Shown piece after piece: positions 40,151 to 50,632 of a stretch of DNA of 60,217 nt (within the stretch, counting starts at the first letter, position 1; every line of letters begins with the position of its first letter). Under the pieces are notes generated by a model. That model did no database searches, was not told where the DNA came from, and worked only from the letters and a program-made list of their open reading frames with translations. The DNA comes from an uncultured Bacteroidota bacterium (GTDB lineage Bacteria > Bacteroidota > Bacteroidia > Chitinophagales > Chitinophagaceae): assembly GCA_903862505.1 (NCBI GenBank), contig CAIOYQ010000054.1, forward strand, positions 1 through 60,217, read 5' to 3'. The position numbers and the translations under genes are program-made.

Positions 40151-40783
40151 TTAAGGCAGGTTAAAATAGTGCTGGCCTTCCTCTAAGTCCTTTTCTAAGG
40201 CATCGGTGATGACCTTAAAATGGGCTTCATTGTATAAAAAATCCGAGTTACTAGCATCTACAAATATGGTTTTCACATTATGTTGCTTTATATAACTAGT
40301 ATAGGTTTCTTGTATTTTAAATAAATACTCGTCTGGGATGGTTTGTTCAAATTTTCGGTTCCTTTTTTTGATATTACTTTGCAATCTATTGACTGGTGCG
40401 TGCAAGTATATAATAATATCTGGTGGCGTTAATTGCTGATAAAAAACATCAAACATTTTTTGGTACAATCTAAATTCTTCCTCGGGCAAATTAACTTTAG
40501 CAAACAATAAGCATTTGATAAAAATATAATCCGAAACCATCACTTCCTGAAACAGGTCTTTATTTTTTACCAATTCCTGTTGTTGCTTAAATCGTTCTGC
40601 TAAAAAAAATAATTCTAAAGGAAATGCATATTGTTTTGGGTTCTCATAAAATTTTGTCAAGAAAGGATTTTCTGCAAATTCCTCCAGTACCAATTTGGCA
40701 TTATAATGTTGAGATAATAACTGCGAAAGCGTTGTCTTTCCGGCTCCAATATTCCCTTCAATGGCTATAAAACGATGATTCAT
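40151..40783 (-). CDS. Deoxynucleoside kinase
   Basis: IAIEGNIGAGKTT, NPFL..FY, R..QQ, I.KRNR.FE. Confidence 0.93.
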   Translation of the reverse strand: MNHRFIAIEGNIGAGKTTLSQLLSQHYNAKLVLEEFAENPFLTKFYENPKQYAFPLELFFLAERFKQQQELVKNKDLFQEVMVSDYIFIKCLLFAKVNLPEEEFRLYQKMFDVFYQQLTPPDIIIYLHAPVNRLQSNIKKRNRKFEQTIPDEYLFKIQETYTSYIKQHNVKTIFVDASNSDFLYNEAHFKVITDALEKDLEEGQHYFNLP

Positions 40784-40829
40784 ATTTTCACTAGGCTGCT
40801 TGCTTCAAATATAGTACCTCCCTTGCTTT

Positions 40830-41315
40830 TTAGGGTGTTTTTTTATTCACAGCTAAAGAATCTCCACATTCTTTCAACAATACACTATTGCTTTTGAGTA
40901 AAATAGGATGAATATAGTCGGGGGCAATTTCGACTAAAGGCAATAATACAAAACGACGCGCTGTCATTTTTGGATGAGGGATGGTAACGGATATATTGTC
41001 AATAATTTCTTCATTAAAATAAATAATATCAATATCAATAATCCTGGGTCCTAAGGGAATAGATCTTTCTCGTCCCATTGATTTTTCAATGTTTAGTATA
41101 GCTAACATTAAATCATTTGCTAAAAGGTCCGTTTGCAATAAAACAGCTTGGTTTAAAAAATGGGGTTGTTCGGTAAACCCCCAGGCTGCGGTTTCGTATC
41201 TGGAAGACAATAGGGTAATCTTACCTAGATTCGACTCCATCAAATTTAGTGCATTGTCTAAATTCGCCATTCGATCGCCCATATTGCCACCTATCAATAG
41301 GTATACTTTGTTCAT
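40830..41315 (-). CDS. folK: 2-amino-4-hydroxy-6-hydroxymethyldihydropteridine diphosphokinase
   Basis: GGNMGD, YET.AWG..FLN, GPRIIDIDI, IPHP..R.FVL.PL. Confidence 0.96.
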   Translation of the reverse strand: MNKVYLLIGGNMGDRMANLDNALNLMESNLGKITLLSSRYETAAWGFTEQPHFLNQAVLLQTDLLANDLMLAILNIEKSMGRERSIPLGPRIIDIDIIYFNEEIIDNISVTIPHPKMTARRFVLLPLVEIAPDYIHPILLKSNSVLLKECGDSLAVNKKTP

Positions 41316-41415
41316 ATAATGATGGTAAAAGTAGCCTAAATATTCATATTTTTACCTTGTTAGCAACATTAATTGTCAAGCTATTTTGCATAATTCTTTT
41401 CTTCAATCATTATAT

Positions 41416-43173
41416 ATGAATCAATTTTTCAAATCTTTTTTTGCAAGTTTATTAGCGTTTTTTGTTTTTATTTTTATAGGCTTCGCTTTGCTATTTGCAA
41501 TTATTGGTGCTTTATCTAGTGAAGATGAAGTAGTGATTCCATCTAATTCCGTTTTAGTGATTGATTTGTCAGAGAATTTTTCTGAACAAGTAAAAGAGGA
41601 TGTATATAATGAACTATTCAATAAAAAGAAAGGTAAAACGCCTAGCTTATCCAATTTAATTTCACTCATTCAATATGCAAAAACAGATTCATCTATACGT
41701 GGTATTTATTTAAAATGCCAAGAGAACCCAAATGGATTTGCAGCATCTGAAGAAATCAGAGCCGCATTAATGGATTTCAAACAATCTAAAAAATTCATCA
41801 TTGCATTTGGAGAAACTATTTCACAAAAAGGATATTGGATTGCGAATACTGCCGACTTAATTTATGCACATCCGCAAGGTGGGTTAGAATGGACCGGATT
41901 CTCCTATGAAACTATGTTTTTAAAAGGGTTATTGGATAAATTAGAAATACAGCCCCAGGTTTTTTATGCAGGTAAATTTAAAAGTGCAACCGAGCCTTTT
42001 AGGTATTCGGAAATGTCTGCTGAAAATAAATTACAAACTAGCCAATGGTTAAACGGCATCTATAATAGCTTTATTGACGGCACGGCGCAGCAAAGAAATT
42101 TAAATGCGGATAGTTTAAAGTTATGGTCTGACCAGGCGATGATTCAAACACCTAATGATGCAGTTGCACATCAATTAATTGACGGCTTGTATTATGATGA
42201 TCAGGTGAAGTATGAAATTGCTAAAAAAGTAAATGTTGCAAAATCTCAAAATATTTCATTTGTAAGAATTAATGAATATTCCGCAGCCATTGCCATTAGA
42301 GGAAAAGGTAGCGACAAGATTGCGGTGATTTATGCCGACGGCGATATTAATATGGGCAAATCTGACAAGGACGGAATAGCAAGTGATGAGTTTCGCTCAT
42401 TAATTCAAAGTATAAAAAATGACACTAAAATTAGTGCCGTAGTTTTAAGGATTAACTCACCTGGTGGGAGTGCGTTGGCAAGTGATATTATTTGGAGAGA
42501 AATTGAGTTGTTAAAAAAAGTAAAACCAGTAGTGGTAAGTATGGGTAATTATGCAGCTTCTGGTGGATATTATATTGCATGCAATGCCGATTCTATCTTC
42601 GCTAATGCAAACACCATTACTGGATCAATTGGTGTTTTCTCTGTGGTACCGAATATTGGAAATTTCATGAAAAATAAATTAGGGATTACCTACGACGGCG
42701 TAAAAACGTCTAACTATGCCGATTTCCCTACCACTTCAAGAGCCTTAAATGCTACGGAGCAAAAATTTATGCAAGCTGGGGTAGACAGTATTTATTATGC
42801 ATTTAAGTTAAGAGTGGCAAAAGGAAGAAAAAAGTCCATTGAATATGTTGACTCTATTGCGCAAGGAAGAGTGTGGACCGGAGCCGATGCAATAAAAGTA
42901 GGGTTGGTAGATAGAATTGGCAACCTGGATGACGCCATTGCTTCTGCAGCGAAAATGGCTAAGTTAAAATCCTATTCTATTAAATCTTATCCAGAAAGAA
43001 AATCATTTATTGAAGACTTTATTGGAGGATATGAGGATAAAGTAAAAACGAAAGCCATTCAAGAGGAAATAGGGGTGCAGGAATGGGAAGCATTGAAACA
43101 GCTTAAATCCATCAAACAAATGATAGGGCAACCTCAAACTCGATTGCCTATCTTTGTGGTGAATCATCCATAA
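41416..43173 (+). CDS. sppA: Signal peptide peptidase SppA (67-kDa type)
   Basis: N-terminal TM, GKFKSATEP, LRINSPGGSA, SMG.YAASGGY, TGSIGV, QGRVWTG; start moved to ATG at 41416. Confidence 0.95.
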   Translation: MNQFFKSFFASLLAFFVFIFIGFALLFAIIGALSSEDEVVIPSNSVLVIDLSENFSEQVKEDVYNELFNKKKGKTPSLSNLISLIQYAKTDSSIRGIYLKCQENPNGFAASEEIRAALMDFKQSKKFIIAFGETISQKGYWIANTADLIYAHPQGGLEWTGFSYETMFLKGLLDKLEIQPQVFYAGKFKSATEPFRYSEMSAENKLQTSQWLNGIYNSFIDGTAQQRNLNADSLKLWSDQAMIQTPNDAVAHQLIDGLYYDDQVKYEIAKKVNVAKSQNISFVRINEYSAAIAIRGKGSDKIAVIYADGDINMGKSDKDGIASDEFRSLIQSIKNDTKISAVVLRINSPGGSALASDIIWREIELLKKVKPVVVSMGNYAASGGYYIACNADSIFANANTITGSIGVFSVVPNIGNFMKNKLGITYDGVKTSNYADFPTTSRALNATEQKFMQAGVDSIYYAFKLRVAKGRKKSIEYVDSIAQGRVWTGADAIKVGLVDRIGNLDDAIASAAKMAKLKSYSIKSYPERKSFIEDFIGGYEDKVKTKAIQEEIGVQEWEALKQLKSIKQMIGQPQTRLPIFVVNHP

Positions 43174-43177
43174 TATC

Positions 43178-44281
43178 ATGCATTCTTATAGTCAATTGAA
43201 AGCCATGCTTTCTATTACGAAAGCTAGTTTAAGATCAACTTTTAGAAGTCCATCGGCTGTTGTATTTAGTGTCGCCTTTCCTTTAATTTTTATTTTAGTC
43301 TTTGGGTTCTTGAGCAGTGGCGGGAATATTAACGTAAATGTGGCCATGGATCCCAAGTCGGATACGCTGAATCCTGTTTATGCAACCATTCGTCAAATTC
43401 CTGGATTAAAATTTGTACAAGGAGATACTGCAAAAATAAATGGAGAATTGTCTAAGGGTCGAATTACCGCTTTAATTAGTATTCAGCCCTCCGGAAAACC
43501 AAATGCACCTTTCACTATTCATTTAATAAGTTCAGAAGCGGCCAATCCACAAAATGTACAGTTGGTGAAGTCTATTTTGAATGCGGTGATTGGTAAGATC
43601 AATAATAATAGCTATCCAGACGCACCCACCATTGCAACCGTTAATAACACTGTACAACAAGTGCCTGGAAGAATTTATAGAACCATTGATTTTATATTGC
43701 CAGGACAAATGGGTTTCTCTTTGTTAAGTGCGGGTGTTTTTGGCGTCGCATTTTTATTTTTTAATTTAAGACAACAATTGGTTTTAAAACGTTTTTATGC
43801 AACACCTATTCGTAGATTATATATTATTTTAGGAGAAGCTTTAAGTAGGGTCACTTTTCAATTAATTACAGCAGTTGTGATTATTGGTATTGGACACTTT
43901 GCTTTTAAATTTACCCTGGTGCATGGGTTGAGTACTTTTTTAAATATTATGGTGCTTAGTTTTATTGCCCTTATTTTATTTATGGGCTTTGGTTTTATAG
44001 TAAGTGGCGTTGCTAAAAGCGAGAGCACGATTCCACCGCTTGCTAATTTATTTACCCTGCCACAGTTTTTGCTAGCAGGCACTTTTTTCTCTATTGACAA
44101 TTTCCCTAGTTGGATGCAACCATTTTGTAGAATATTACCATTAACGCATTTTAATAACGCCATGCGTGATATTTCGTTTGAAGGGAATAGTTTAATGGAT
44201 TCATGGGGAGACATTTCGGTATTATTAATTTGGATTGTGGTGGTGTATGCTGCTGCGTATAAAATATTTAAATGGGAATAA
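43178..44281 (+). CDS. ABC-2 type transporter permease
   Basis: N-terminal TM, periplasmic domain, 5 C-terminal TMs; LKR..ATP, G.FF....P.W, LPLTH. Confidence 0.88.
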   Translation: MHSYSQLKAMLSITKASLRSTFRSPSAVVFSVAFPLIFILVFGFLSSGGNINVNVAMDPKSDTLNPVYATIRQIPGLKFVQGDTAKINGELSKGRITALISIQPSGKPNAPFTIHLISSEAANPQNVQLVKSILNAVIGKINNNSYPDAPTIATVNNTVQQVPGRIYRTIDFILPGQMGFSLLSAGVFGVAFLFFNLRQQLVLKRFYATPIRRLYIILGEALSRVTFQLITAVVIIGIGHFAFKFTLVHGLSTFLNIMVLSFIALILFMGFGFIVSGVAKSESTIPPLANLFTLPQFLLAGTFFSIDNFPSWMQPFCRILPLTHFNNAMRDISFEGNSLMDSWGDISVLLIWIVVVYAAAYKIFKWE

Positions 44282-44776
44282 ATGCGATTCATTAAATTAG
44301 TTATTATAAGCTTAATTGTGCTGGCTACCCTTATTACAGGGCTTTCTGCATTATTTCCCTCAACGGTAATTGTATCAAGGGCAATGGAAGTGAGTGCACT
44401 TCCAAGTCAAATTGAAAAATATACAAGCAATTTAAAGGAGTGGAAATATTGGATGAGTGATTTAAAACAAAACAAAGTAGTATGGGTGGGGGATACAGTA
44501 AAGATTAGTACACAATCTATAAACTTGGTTTCCAAGAATGAAAATTCCGCAACATTTAATTGGGTGGCTGCTGGGCAAAGACCTTATATTGTTAAAATAG
44601 AATGGATCCCTTTGCAAAAAGGAATTTATGTAATTCATTGGTCCTTTGAACAGCATGTAAAATGGTATCCATGGGAAAAATTCCAAACCTTATTAAATGA
44701 AAAAGTACTGGGGTATAAAATGGAATCAGAACTAGCCAACCTGCGCGATTTATTATTACAAGAAAGTAACAAGTAG
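44282..44776 (+). CDS. Membrane-anchored SRPBCC/polyketide-cyclase-like protein
   Basis: N-terminal TM; PS.V.VSR..L..W..W; C-terminal helix ME.EL.NL. Confidence 0.6.
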   Translation: MRFIKLVIISLIVLATLITGLSALFPSTVIVSRAMEVSALPSQIEKYTSNLKEWKYWMSDLKQNKVVWVGDTVKISTQSINLVSKNENSATFNWVAAGQRPYIVKIEWIPLQKGIYVIHWSFEQHVKWYPWEKFQTLLNEKVLGYKMESELANLRDLLLQESNK

Positions 44777-44777
44777 C

Positions 44778-45722
44778 CTATTTATCTTCTTGCTCCTTTA
44801 AAAATTGAATATTCCGTTGAATCCCTTTTAGTTTTGATCTTAACAGGGGCGATTTTTTAAATCTTGCTTTGAAAGTAGTTTCTTCAATCTGCAACCAATC
44901 TTCAGCTTGCATTTGCAATAAACCATTGAGTGGTTTAAATTTCTTTTCATGATGTGCTTGACTAAAACTATTCCAAGGACAAACATCCTGGCATATATCA
45001 CATCCAAAAGCCCAGTCCTTATATGGCCTTTCTGTTTCAATGGTTTCCTTTTTCAATTCAATGGTAAAATAACTAATACAATGATTGGCTTCAATATTTT
45101 TATTAGGGAGGATTGCCTGTGTGGGGCAGGCATCAATGCATTTGGTGCAGGTTCCGCAATAATCTTTAGGCGAAGGGTCATCATAAACCAACTCCAAGTC
45201 TATAATAAGGGTGGCAATAAAAAAGAAGGAACCTGATTTATGCCTAATTAAATTTCCATTTTTCCCAATCCATCCAGCGCCCGATAATTGCGCCCAGGAT
45301 CTTTCTAATACGGGAGCCGAATCTACAAATCCTCTTCCTTCAATAGGGCCAATCATAGCACGCATGGTATCCAAGCATTCAAATAATTGCTGACGGATTA
45401 CTTCGTGGTAGTCTTCACCATAAGCATACTTTGCAATTTTTGCATCTTGTGCTTGTCCTTCATCCAAAGCCGTTTGTGAGGGGTAGTAATTTTTTAAAAA
45501 AGTGATTACAGACTTTGCACCTGGCACTAATTTTCTGGGATCTGTTCTTAACTCAAAATTATTTTCCATATAGGACATCTCTCCATGATATCCTTTTTTA
45601 ATCCAGGACTCAAGTCGTCTTGCATCCTCGGTTAATTCTTTGGCCTTAGCAATGCCACAATAATCGAAGCCCATTTGCTGTGCAAGCTCCTTTATAAATA
45701 CCGTATTTGAAAATTCATTCAC
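44778..45722 (-). CDS. queG: tRNA epoxyqueuosine reductase
   Basis: YAYGEDYH, VDSAPVLER, GWIGKN, CGTCTKCIDACPT, CISY.TIE, FGCDICQDVCPWN; GTG start. Confidence 0.97.
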   Translation of the reverse strand: MNEFSNTVFIKELAQQMGFDYCGIAKAKELTEDARRLESWIKKGYHGEMSYMENNFELRTDPRKLVPGAKSVITFLKNYYPSQTALDEGQAQDAKIAKYAYGEDYHEVIRQQLFECLDTMRAMIGPIEGRGFVDSAPVLERSWAQLSGAGWIGKNGNLIRHKSGSFFFIATLIIDLELVYDDPSPKDYCGTCTKCIDACPTQAILPNKNIEANHCISYFTIELKKETIETERPYKDWAFGCDICQDVCPWNSFSQAHHEKKFKPLNGLLQMQAEDWLQIEETTFKARFKKSPLLRSKLKGIQRNIQFLKEQEDK

Positions 45723-45810
45723 GCTGTAAAAATAGCAGAAAAACCTTGATAGGACTGACTTTTATTCCGGTTTCATATAAATATTATGACATTATAACTT
45801 ATATCATAGA

Positions 45811-45827
45811 TTGGCGCTTGTTTTGCG
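45811..45827 (+). promoter_or_regulatory. Putative sigma54 (-24/-12) promoter of clpB
   Basis: TTGGCGCTTGTTTTGCG gives exact GG-N10-GC spacing, 26 nt before the ATG. Confidence 0.65.
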
Positions 45828-45853
45828 CATACCTTTCTATAAATAAACAAACT

Positions 45854-48457
45854 ATGAATTTAAATCAATATACTATTAAGGCACAGGAAGCCATTCAGGC
45901 AGCACAGCAGTTGGCTTACAATAACAGCAATACGTCCATTGAAACGGTACATTTGTTAAAAGCAATTTTATTGGACAAGGATAGCTCCACCGAATTTCTT
46001 TTAAAAAAAAATAATGTAAATCCAGGATTAGTACTTCAAAAAACAGAAGACACTATTCTAAATTTAGCAAAACAACAAACAGGGGAGCCAGCTTCTAATG
46101 TAAGTAGAGACTTAAATGCTGTGATGTTAAAGTCCAACGCAGCACTTAAAATATTTGGAGATGAATTTGTAACCGTTGAGCATTTGATGATTGCTTTATT
46201 ACAAGTAAATGATGTGGCTGGTAAAATATTAAAAGATGCCGGACTTACAGAAAAAGGGTTAACCACGGCTATTAAAGAATTACGAAAAGGAGAAACCGTA
46301 AATTCTGCAACACAGGAAACGCAGTTTCAATCCTTATCAAAGTTTGCAAAAAATTTAAATGAGCTAGCCAACAAAGGAAAGTTAGATCCAGTAATTGGTC
46401 GCGACGAAGAAATTAGAAGGACCCTACACATTCTTTCTCGTCGTAGTAAAAACAATCCCATTTTAGTGGGCGAGCCGGGTGTGGGTAAAACCGCTATTGC
46501 CGAAGGATTGGCTATGCGTATTGTGAATGGAGACGTGCCCGATAATTTAAAGAGTAAAATTATTTATGCCCTGGATATGGGTCAATTAATTGCAGGCGCA
46601 AAATATAAGGGTGAATTTGAAGAGCGTTTAAAAGGTGTAGTGAAAGAAGTGGCAGATAGTGACGGAGAAGTAATTTTATTTATAGACGAGATACATACTT
46701 TGGTAGGTGCTGGTGGAGGCGAGGGGGCCATGGATGCGGCTAATATTTTAAAACCTGCATTGGCAAGGGGTGAGTTAAGGGCCATTGGAGCAACCACTTT
46801 AGCAGAATATCAAAAGTTTTTTGAAAAAGATAAAGCATTAGAGCGTCGTTTTCAAAAAGTAATGATTGATGAACCTACTAAAGATGATGCAGTCTCTATA
46901 TTAAGAGGGTTAAAAGAACGCTATGAAACACATCATCATGTGCGTATTAAGGATGAAGCTATTATTGCTGCAGTAGAATTGTCAAGCAGGTATATCACCG
47001 ATCGCTTTTTACCAGACAAAGCCATTGATTTAATTGACGAGAGTGCCGCTAAGCTTCGCTTGGAAATGAATTCGATGCCCGCTGAATTAGATACATTAAT
47101 GCGTCAAATACGACAACTGGAAATTGAAAGAGAAGCCATTAAAAGAGAGAATAATCCGGAGCAATTAAAGACCTTGAATATTGAAATTAGTAATTTAACG
47201 GTGCAGCAAGATACCTTAAAAGCAAAGTGGACCGAAGAAAAAGAAATGGTTGACAAAGTGCAAAAAGCAAAGTCTGAAATTGAAAAATTGAAACAAGAAG
47301 CAGAAGTGGCAGAAAGAAATGGGGACTATGGAAAAGTGGCAGAAATAAGATATGGTAAAGTAAAAGAACAGGAATCTAACTTAGAACAATTTACCGTTCA
47401 ATTAATTGAATTGGGCACCAATGGTAAAAGATTAATGAAAGAAGAAGTGGATGCGGAAGACATTGCAGAAAATGTAGCCAAAGCAACAGGTATTCCGGTG
47501 AGCAAAATGATGCAATCTGAAAGAGAAAAATTATTGCAATTGGAAGACGAATTGCATAAACGCGTTATTGGCCAAGAGGAAGCCATTACTGCCGTATCGG
47601 ATGCAATACGAAGAAGCAGGGCTGGTTTACAGGATCCTAAAAAACCTATTGGCTCCTTTATTTTCTTAGGAACAACAGGGGTGGGTAAAACAGAATTGGC
47701 GAAAGCCTTGGCTGAATATTTATTTGATGATGATTCTATGATGACGCGCATTGATATGAGTGAATACCAAGAAAAGCATTCTGTTTCTAGATTAGTGGGT
47801 GCGCCTCCTGGTTATGTAGGGTATGATGAGGGCGGACAATTAACAGAAGCAGTGCGCCGCAAACCCTATAGTGTGGTATTGTTAGATGAAATTGAAAAAG
47901 CGCATCCTGATGTTTGGAATATTTTATTGCAAGTATTAGACGATGGTCATTTAACGGATAATAAAGGAAGAACGGTGAACTTTAAAAACACCATCATTAT
48001 TATGACTTCGAATATTGGTAGTCATATTATTCAAGAAACCTTCGAAGGCGTTACAGATAAAAATCTGCAGTCTAAAGTGGAGCAATCTAAAACTGAAGTG
48101 ATGGCTTTATTAAAACAAACTATTCGCCCCGAGTTTTTAAACAGGGTAGATGAAATTATCATGTTTTCTCCATTATTGCAAAAACAAATGGGTGCCATTG
48201 TGAAAATCCAATTAAATAATTTAAAACAATTGGTAGCTGAAAATGGAATGCAAATTGAGTTTAGCGATTACTTAGTAGAATATTTATCAGAACAAGGGTT
48301 TGATATGCAATTTGGAGCGAGACCTCTAAAAAGGTTAATTCAAAAGATGGTGGTAAATGAATTAAGTAAGAAAATACTAAGTGGTGAAATTGACAAGGCT
48401 AAAAAAGTACTTATTGACATTTTTGACGGGGTGATTGTCTTTAGGAATGAAGCCTAG
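45854..48457 (+). CDS. clpB: ATP-dependent disaggregase ClpB
   Basis: [22 protein letters not shown]-domain (KVAEIRYG), [20 protein letters not shown]; start moved to ATG at 45854. Confidence 0.98.
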   Translation: MNLNQYTIKAQEAIQAAQQLAYNNSNTSIETVHLLKAILLDKDSSTEFLLKKNNVNPGLVLQKTEDTILNLAKQQTGEPASNVSRDLNAVMLKSNAALKIFGDEFVTVEHLMIALLQVNDVAGKILKDAGLTEKGLTTAIKELRKGETVNSATQETQFQSLSKFAKNLNELANKGKLDPVIGRDEEIRRTLHILSRRSKNNPILVGEPGVGKTAIAEGLAMRIVNGDVPDNLKSKIIYALDMGQLIAGAKYKGEFEERLKGVVKEVADSDGEVILFIDEIHTLVGAGGGEGAMDAANILKPALARGELRAIGATTLAEYQKFFEKDKALERRFQKVMIDEPTKDDAVSILRGLKERYETHHHVRIKDEAIIAAVELSSRYITDRFLPDKAIDLIDESAAKLRLEMNSMPAELDTLMRQIRQLEIEREAIKRENNPEQLKTLNIEISNLTVQQDTLKAKWTEEKEMVDKVQKAKSEIEKLKQEAEVAERNGDYGKVAEIRYGKVKEQESNLEQFTVQLIELGTNGKRLMKEEVDAEDIAENVAKATGIPVSKMMQSEREKLLQLEDELHKRVIGQEEAITAVSDAIRRSRAGLQDPKKPIGSFIFLGTTGVGKTELAKALAEYLFDDDSMMTRIDMSEYQEKHSVSRLVGAPPGYVGYDEGGQLTEAVRRKPYSVVLLDEIEKAHPDVWNILLQVLDDGHLTDNKGRTVNFKNTIIIMTSNIGSHIIQETFEGVTDKNLQSKVEQSKTEVMALLKQTIRPEFLNRVDEIIMFSPLLQKQMGAIVKIQLNNLKQLVAENGMQIEFSDYLVEYLSEQGFDMQFGARPLKRLIQKMVVNELSKKILSGEIDKAKKVLIDIFDGVIVFRNEA

Positions 48458-48480
48458 TTTTTTAGTATCTTCACCGCACT

Positions 48481-49740
48481 ATGGTGAAAAACAAAAAACA
48501 AGCTGCGGTAGGCTTTATTTTTATTACAATTTTGATTGATGTAATTGGTTTTGGAATTATCATTCCAGTAGTGCCACAATTATTACAAGATTTTTATCAT
48601 ATTACAGACAGAACAAATGTTGGACCTATTGCTAAGCCATTGTTCTTCCTAACTTCCATCTATGCAGTGATGCAATTTATATTTGCACCCATTTTTGGAA
48701 GTTTAAGTGATCAATATGGTCGACGTCCTATTTTACTATTATCCTTGTTGGGATTTGGTATAGATTATATTTTTTTAGCACTGGCTCCATCGGTGGGATG
48801 GTTGTTTGTGGGAAGGATGTTTGCGGGCATTACTGGTGCAAGTATTCCAACAGCCGCCGCTTATATGGCAGACATTAGTGACGAGAAGAATAGAGCGAAA
48901 AATTTTGGTATGATTGGTGCTGCTTTTGGAATAGGTTTTATTATTGGCCCTTTGATTGGGGGATTATTAGGACAGATAGGTTTGCGTATTCCTTTTTTCA
49001 TGGCCGCTTTCTTAGCGCTGGTGAATGCATTGTATGGGTATTTTATTTTGCCTGAATCCTTGAGTGTCGAGCATCGAAGAAAATTTAATATTAGAAAAGC
49101 GAACCCTGTTGGAGCTTTAAAAAATTTAAATAAGTATCCTGCCGTTTTTGGATTAATTGTGGCTATGTTCTTTATTTATATCGCAGCACATTCTGTTCAA
49201 AGTAACTGGAGTTTAGTGAATATGAGCAAATTTGGTTGGGACCCTAGAACTATTGGTATTTCACTGGGTGTGGTAGGCTTATTAGTAGGATTGGTTCAAG
49301 GGGTTTTAATAAGATATATTAATCCAAAAATTGGAAACGAAAAAAGTGTTTATTTAGGCATTTTATTGTCAGCCATTGGTTTAATATTATTTGCGTTTGC
49401 CTCTCAAAGTTGGATGATGTTTGTATTTTTAATACCCTATTGTTTAGGGGGAATTTCTGGCCCAGCATTGCAGTCCCTTATATCCATTCATGTGGCTAAA
49501 AATGAGCAAGGAGAATTACAAGGTTCCCTTACTGGCTTACAAAGTTTAACGGCCATATTTGGCCCACCTTTAATGATATGGTTAACCACTTACTTTTCAA
49601 GAAAAAACAATGCCCTTGATATTTATTTTCCTGGGGCTGCTTTTTTAGCCGGTGCTATTTTTATGCTGATTAGTTCGGTCATTGCATATTTCGTGTTAAA
49701 AAACGATCCTATTGTGCATCCGCATGAACCTAAAGGGTAG
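48481..49740 (+). CDS. TCR/Tet-family MFS transporter (DHA1), substrate unknown
   Basis: D..G.GIIIPV.P, GSLSDQYGRRP, GR..AGITGA, G.GF..GP..GG. Confidence 0.88.
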   Translation: MVKNKKQAAVGFIFITILIDVIGFGIIIPVVPQLLQDFYHITDRTNVGPIAKPLFFLTSIYAVMQFIFAPIFGSLSDQYGRRPILLLSLLGFGIDYIFLALAPSVGWLFVGRMFAGITGASIPTAAAYMADISDEKNRAKNFGMIGAAFGIGFIIGPLIGGLLGQIGLRIPFFMAAFLALVNALYGYFILPESLSVEHRRKFNIRKANPVGALKNLNKYPAVFGLIVAMFFIYIAAHSVQSNWSLVNMSKFGWDPRTIGISLGVVGLLVGLVQGVLIRYINPKIGNEKSVYLGILLSAIGLILFAFASQSWMMFVFLIPYCLGGISGPALQSLISIHVAKNEQGELQGSLTGLQSLTAIFGPPLMIWLTTYFSRKNNALDIYFPGAAFLAGAIFMLISSVIAYFVLKNDPIVHPHEPKG

Positions 49741-49796
49741 TTTTTCCATTTTAATGCGCTTTGGTTGCTATATTTGTGTCCTAATTATAGGCCTTT

Positions 49797-50621
49797 ATGA
49801 CGCAATTAATGACACAGTTACATGAGACAGCTAATTTTATAAAATCTAAGGTGCGTGAGACCGCTTCTACTGCTATTATTTTAGGGAGTGGATTGGGTAA
49901 TTTAGCCACTAAGATTGAAGTTGATTTTGAAATCTCTTATAAAGAAATTCCACATTTTCCAGTGAGCACGGTGGAGGGGCATAAAGGCCGTTTAATTTTA
50001 GGAAAATTGAATGGGAAAAAAGTGTGGGTAATGGAAGGTCGTTTTCATTTTTACGAAGGCTATGCACCAGAACAAGTGGCGTATCCTGTTCGTGTGTTAA
50101 AATTATTAGGTGTAGAAAATTTATTATTATCTAATGCGGCAGGCGGCGTAAACCCCGATTATGCAGTTGGTGATTTAATGATTCTAAGAGATCATATTAG
50201 TATGTTTACCATTAATCCATTAATTGGGAAAAATGAAGCAGATTTAGGAACGCGTTTCCCAGATATGAGTGAGCCATACGCAGCTATTTTTATTCAAAAA
50301 GCAAAAGCCATTGCAAGTGCAAATAATATTAAGTTACACGAGGGTGTTTATGTGGGGGTAACAGGACCAACTTTTGAAACAAGGGCAGAATACAAATTAA
50401 TAAAAGCGGTTGGAGGGGATGTGGTGGGAATGAGTACCGTTCAAGAAAATATTGCAGCAGTGCATTGCGGCATGAAAGTGTTTGCCATTAGTGTTGTAAC
50501 CGATTTAGGTATTCGAGAGGATAACAATGTAATCACACATCAAGAAGTTTTAGAAGCAGCGAATGCTGCTGAACCTAAGCTCACTTTAATTTTTAGTGAG
50601 TTATTAAAAGAAATCGCATAA
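49797..50621 (+). CDS. Purine-nucleoside phosphorylase (trimeric, PunA/XapA type)
   Basis: ILGSGLG, FPVSTVEGH.G, GRFHFYEG, NAAGG, GPTFETRAE, VGMSTV.E. Confidence 0.95.
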   Translation: MTQLMTQLHETANFIKSKVRETASTAIILGSGLGNLATKIEVDFEISYKEIPHFPVSTVEGHKGRLILGKLNGKKVWVMEGRFHFYEGYAPEQVAYPVRVLKLLGVENLLLSNAAGGVNPDYAVGDLMILRDHISMFTINPLIGKNEADLGTRFPDMSEPYAAIFIQKAKAIASANNIKLHEGVYVGVTGPTFETRAEYKLIKAVGGDVVGMSTVQENIAAVHCGMKVFAISVVTDLGIREDNNVITHQEVLEAANAAEPKLTLIFSELLKEIA

Positions 50622-50632
50622 TTATTGAATGC

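Noticed and set aside
48481-49740. Acquired tetracycline-resistance gene
   Set aside because: Generic chromosomal TCR/Tet-family MFS among core genes; no tetR and no mobile element; substrate cannot be inferred
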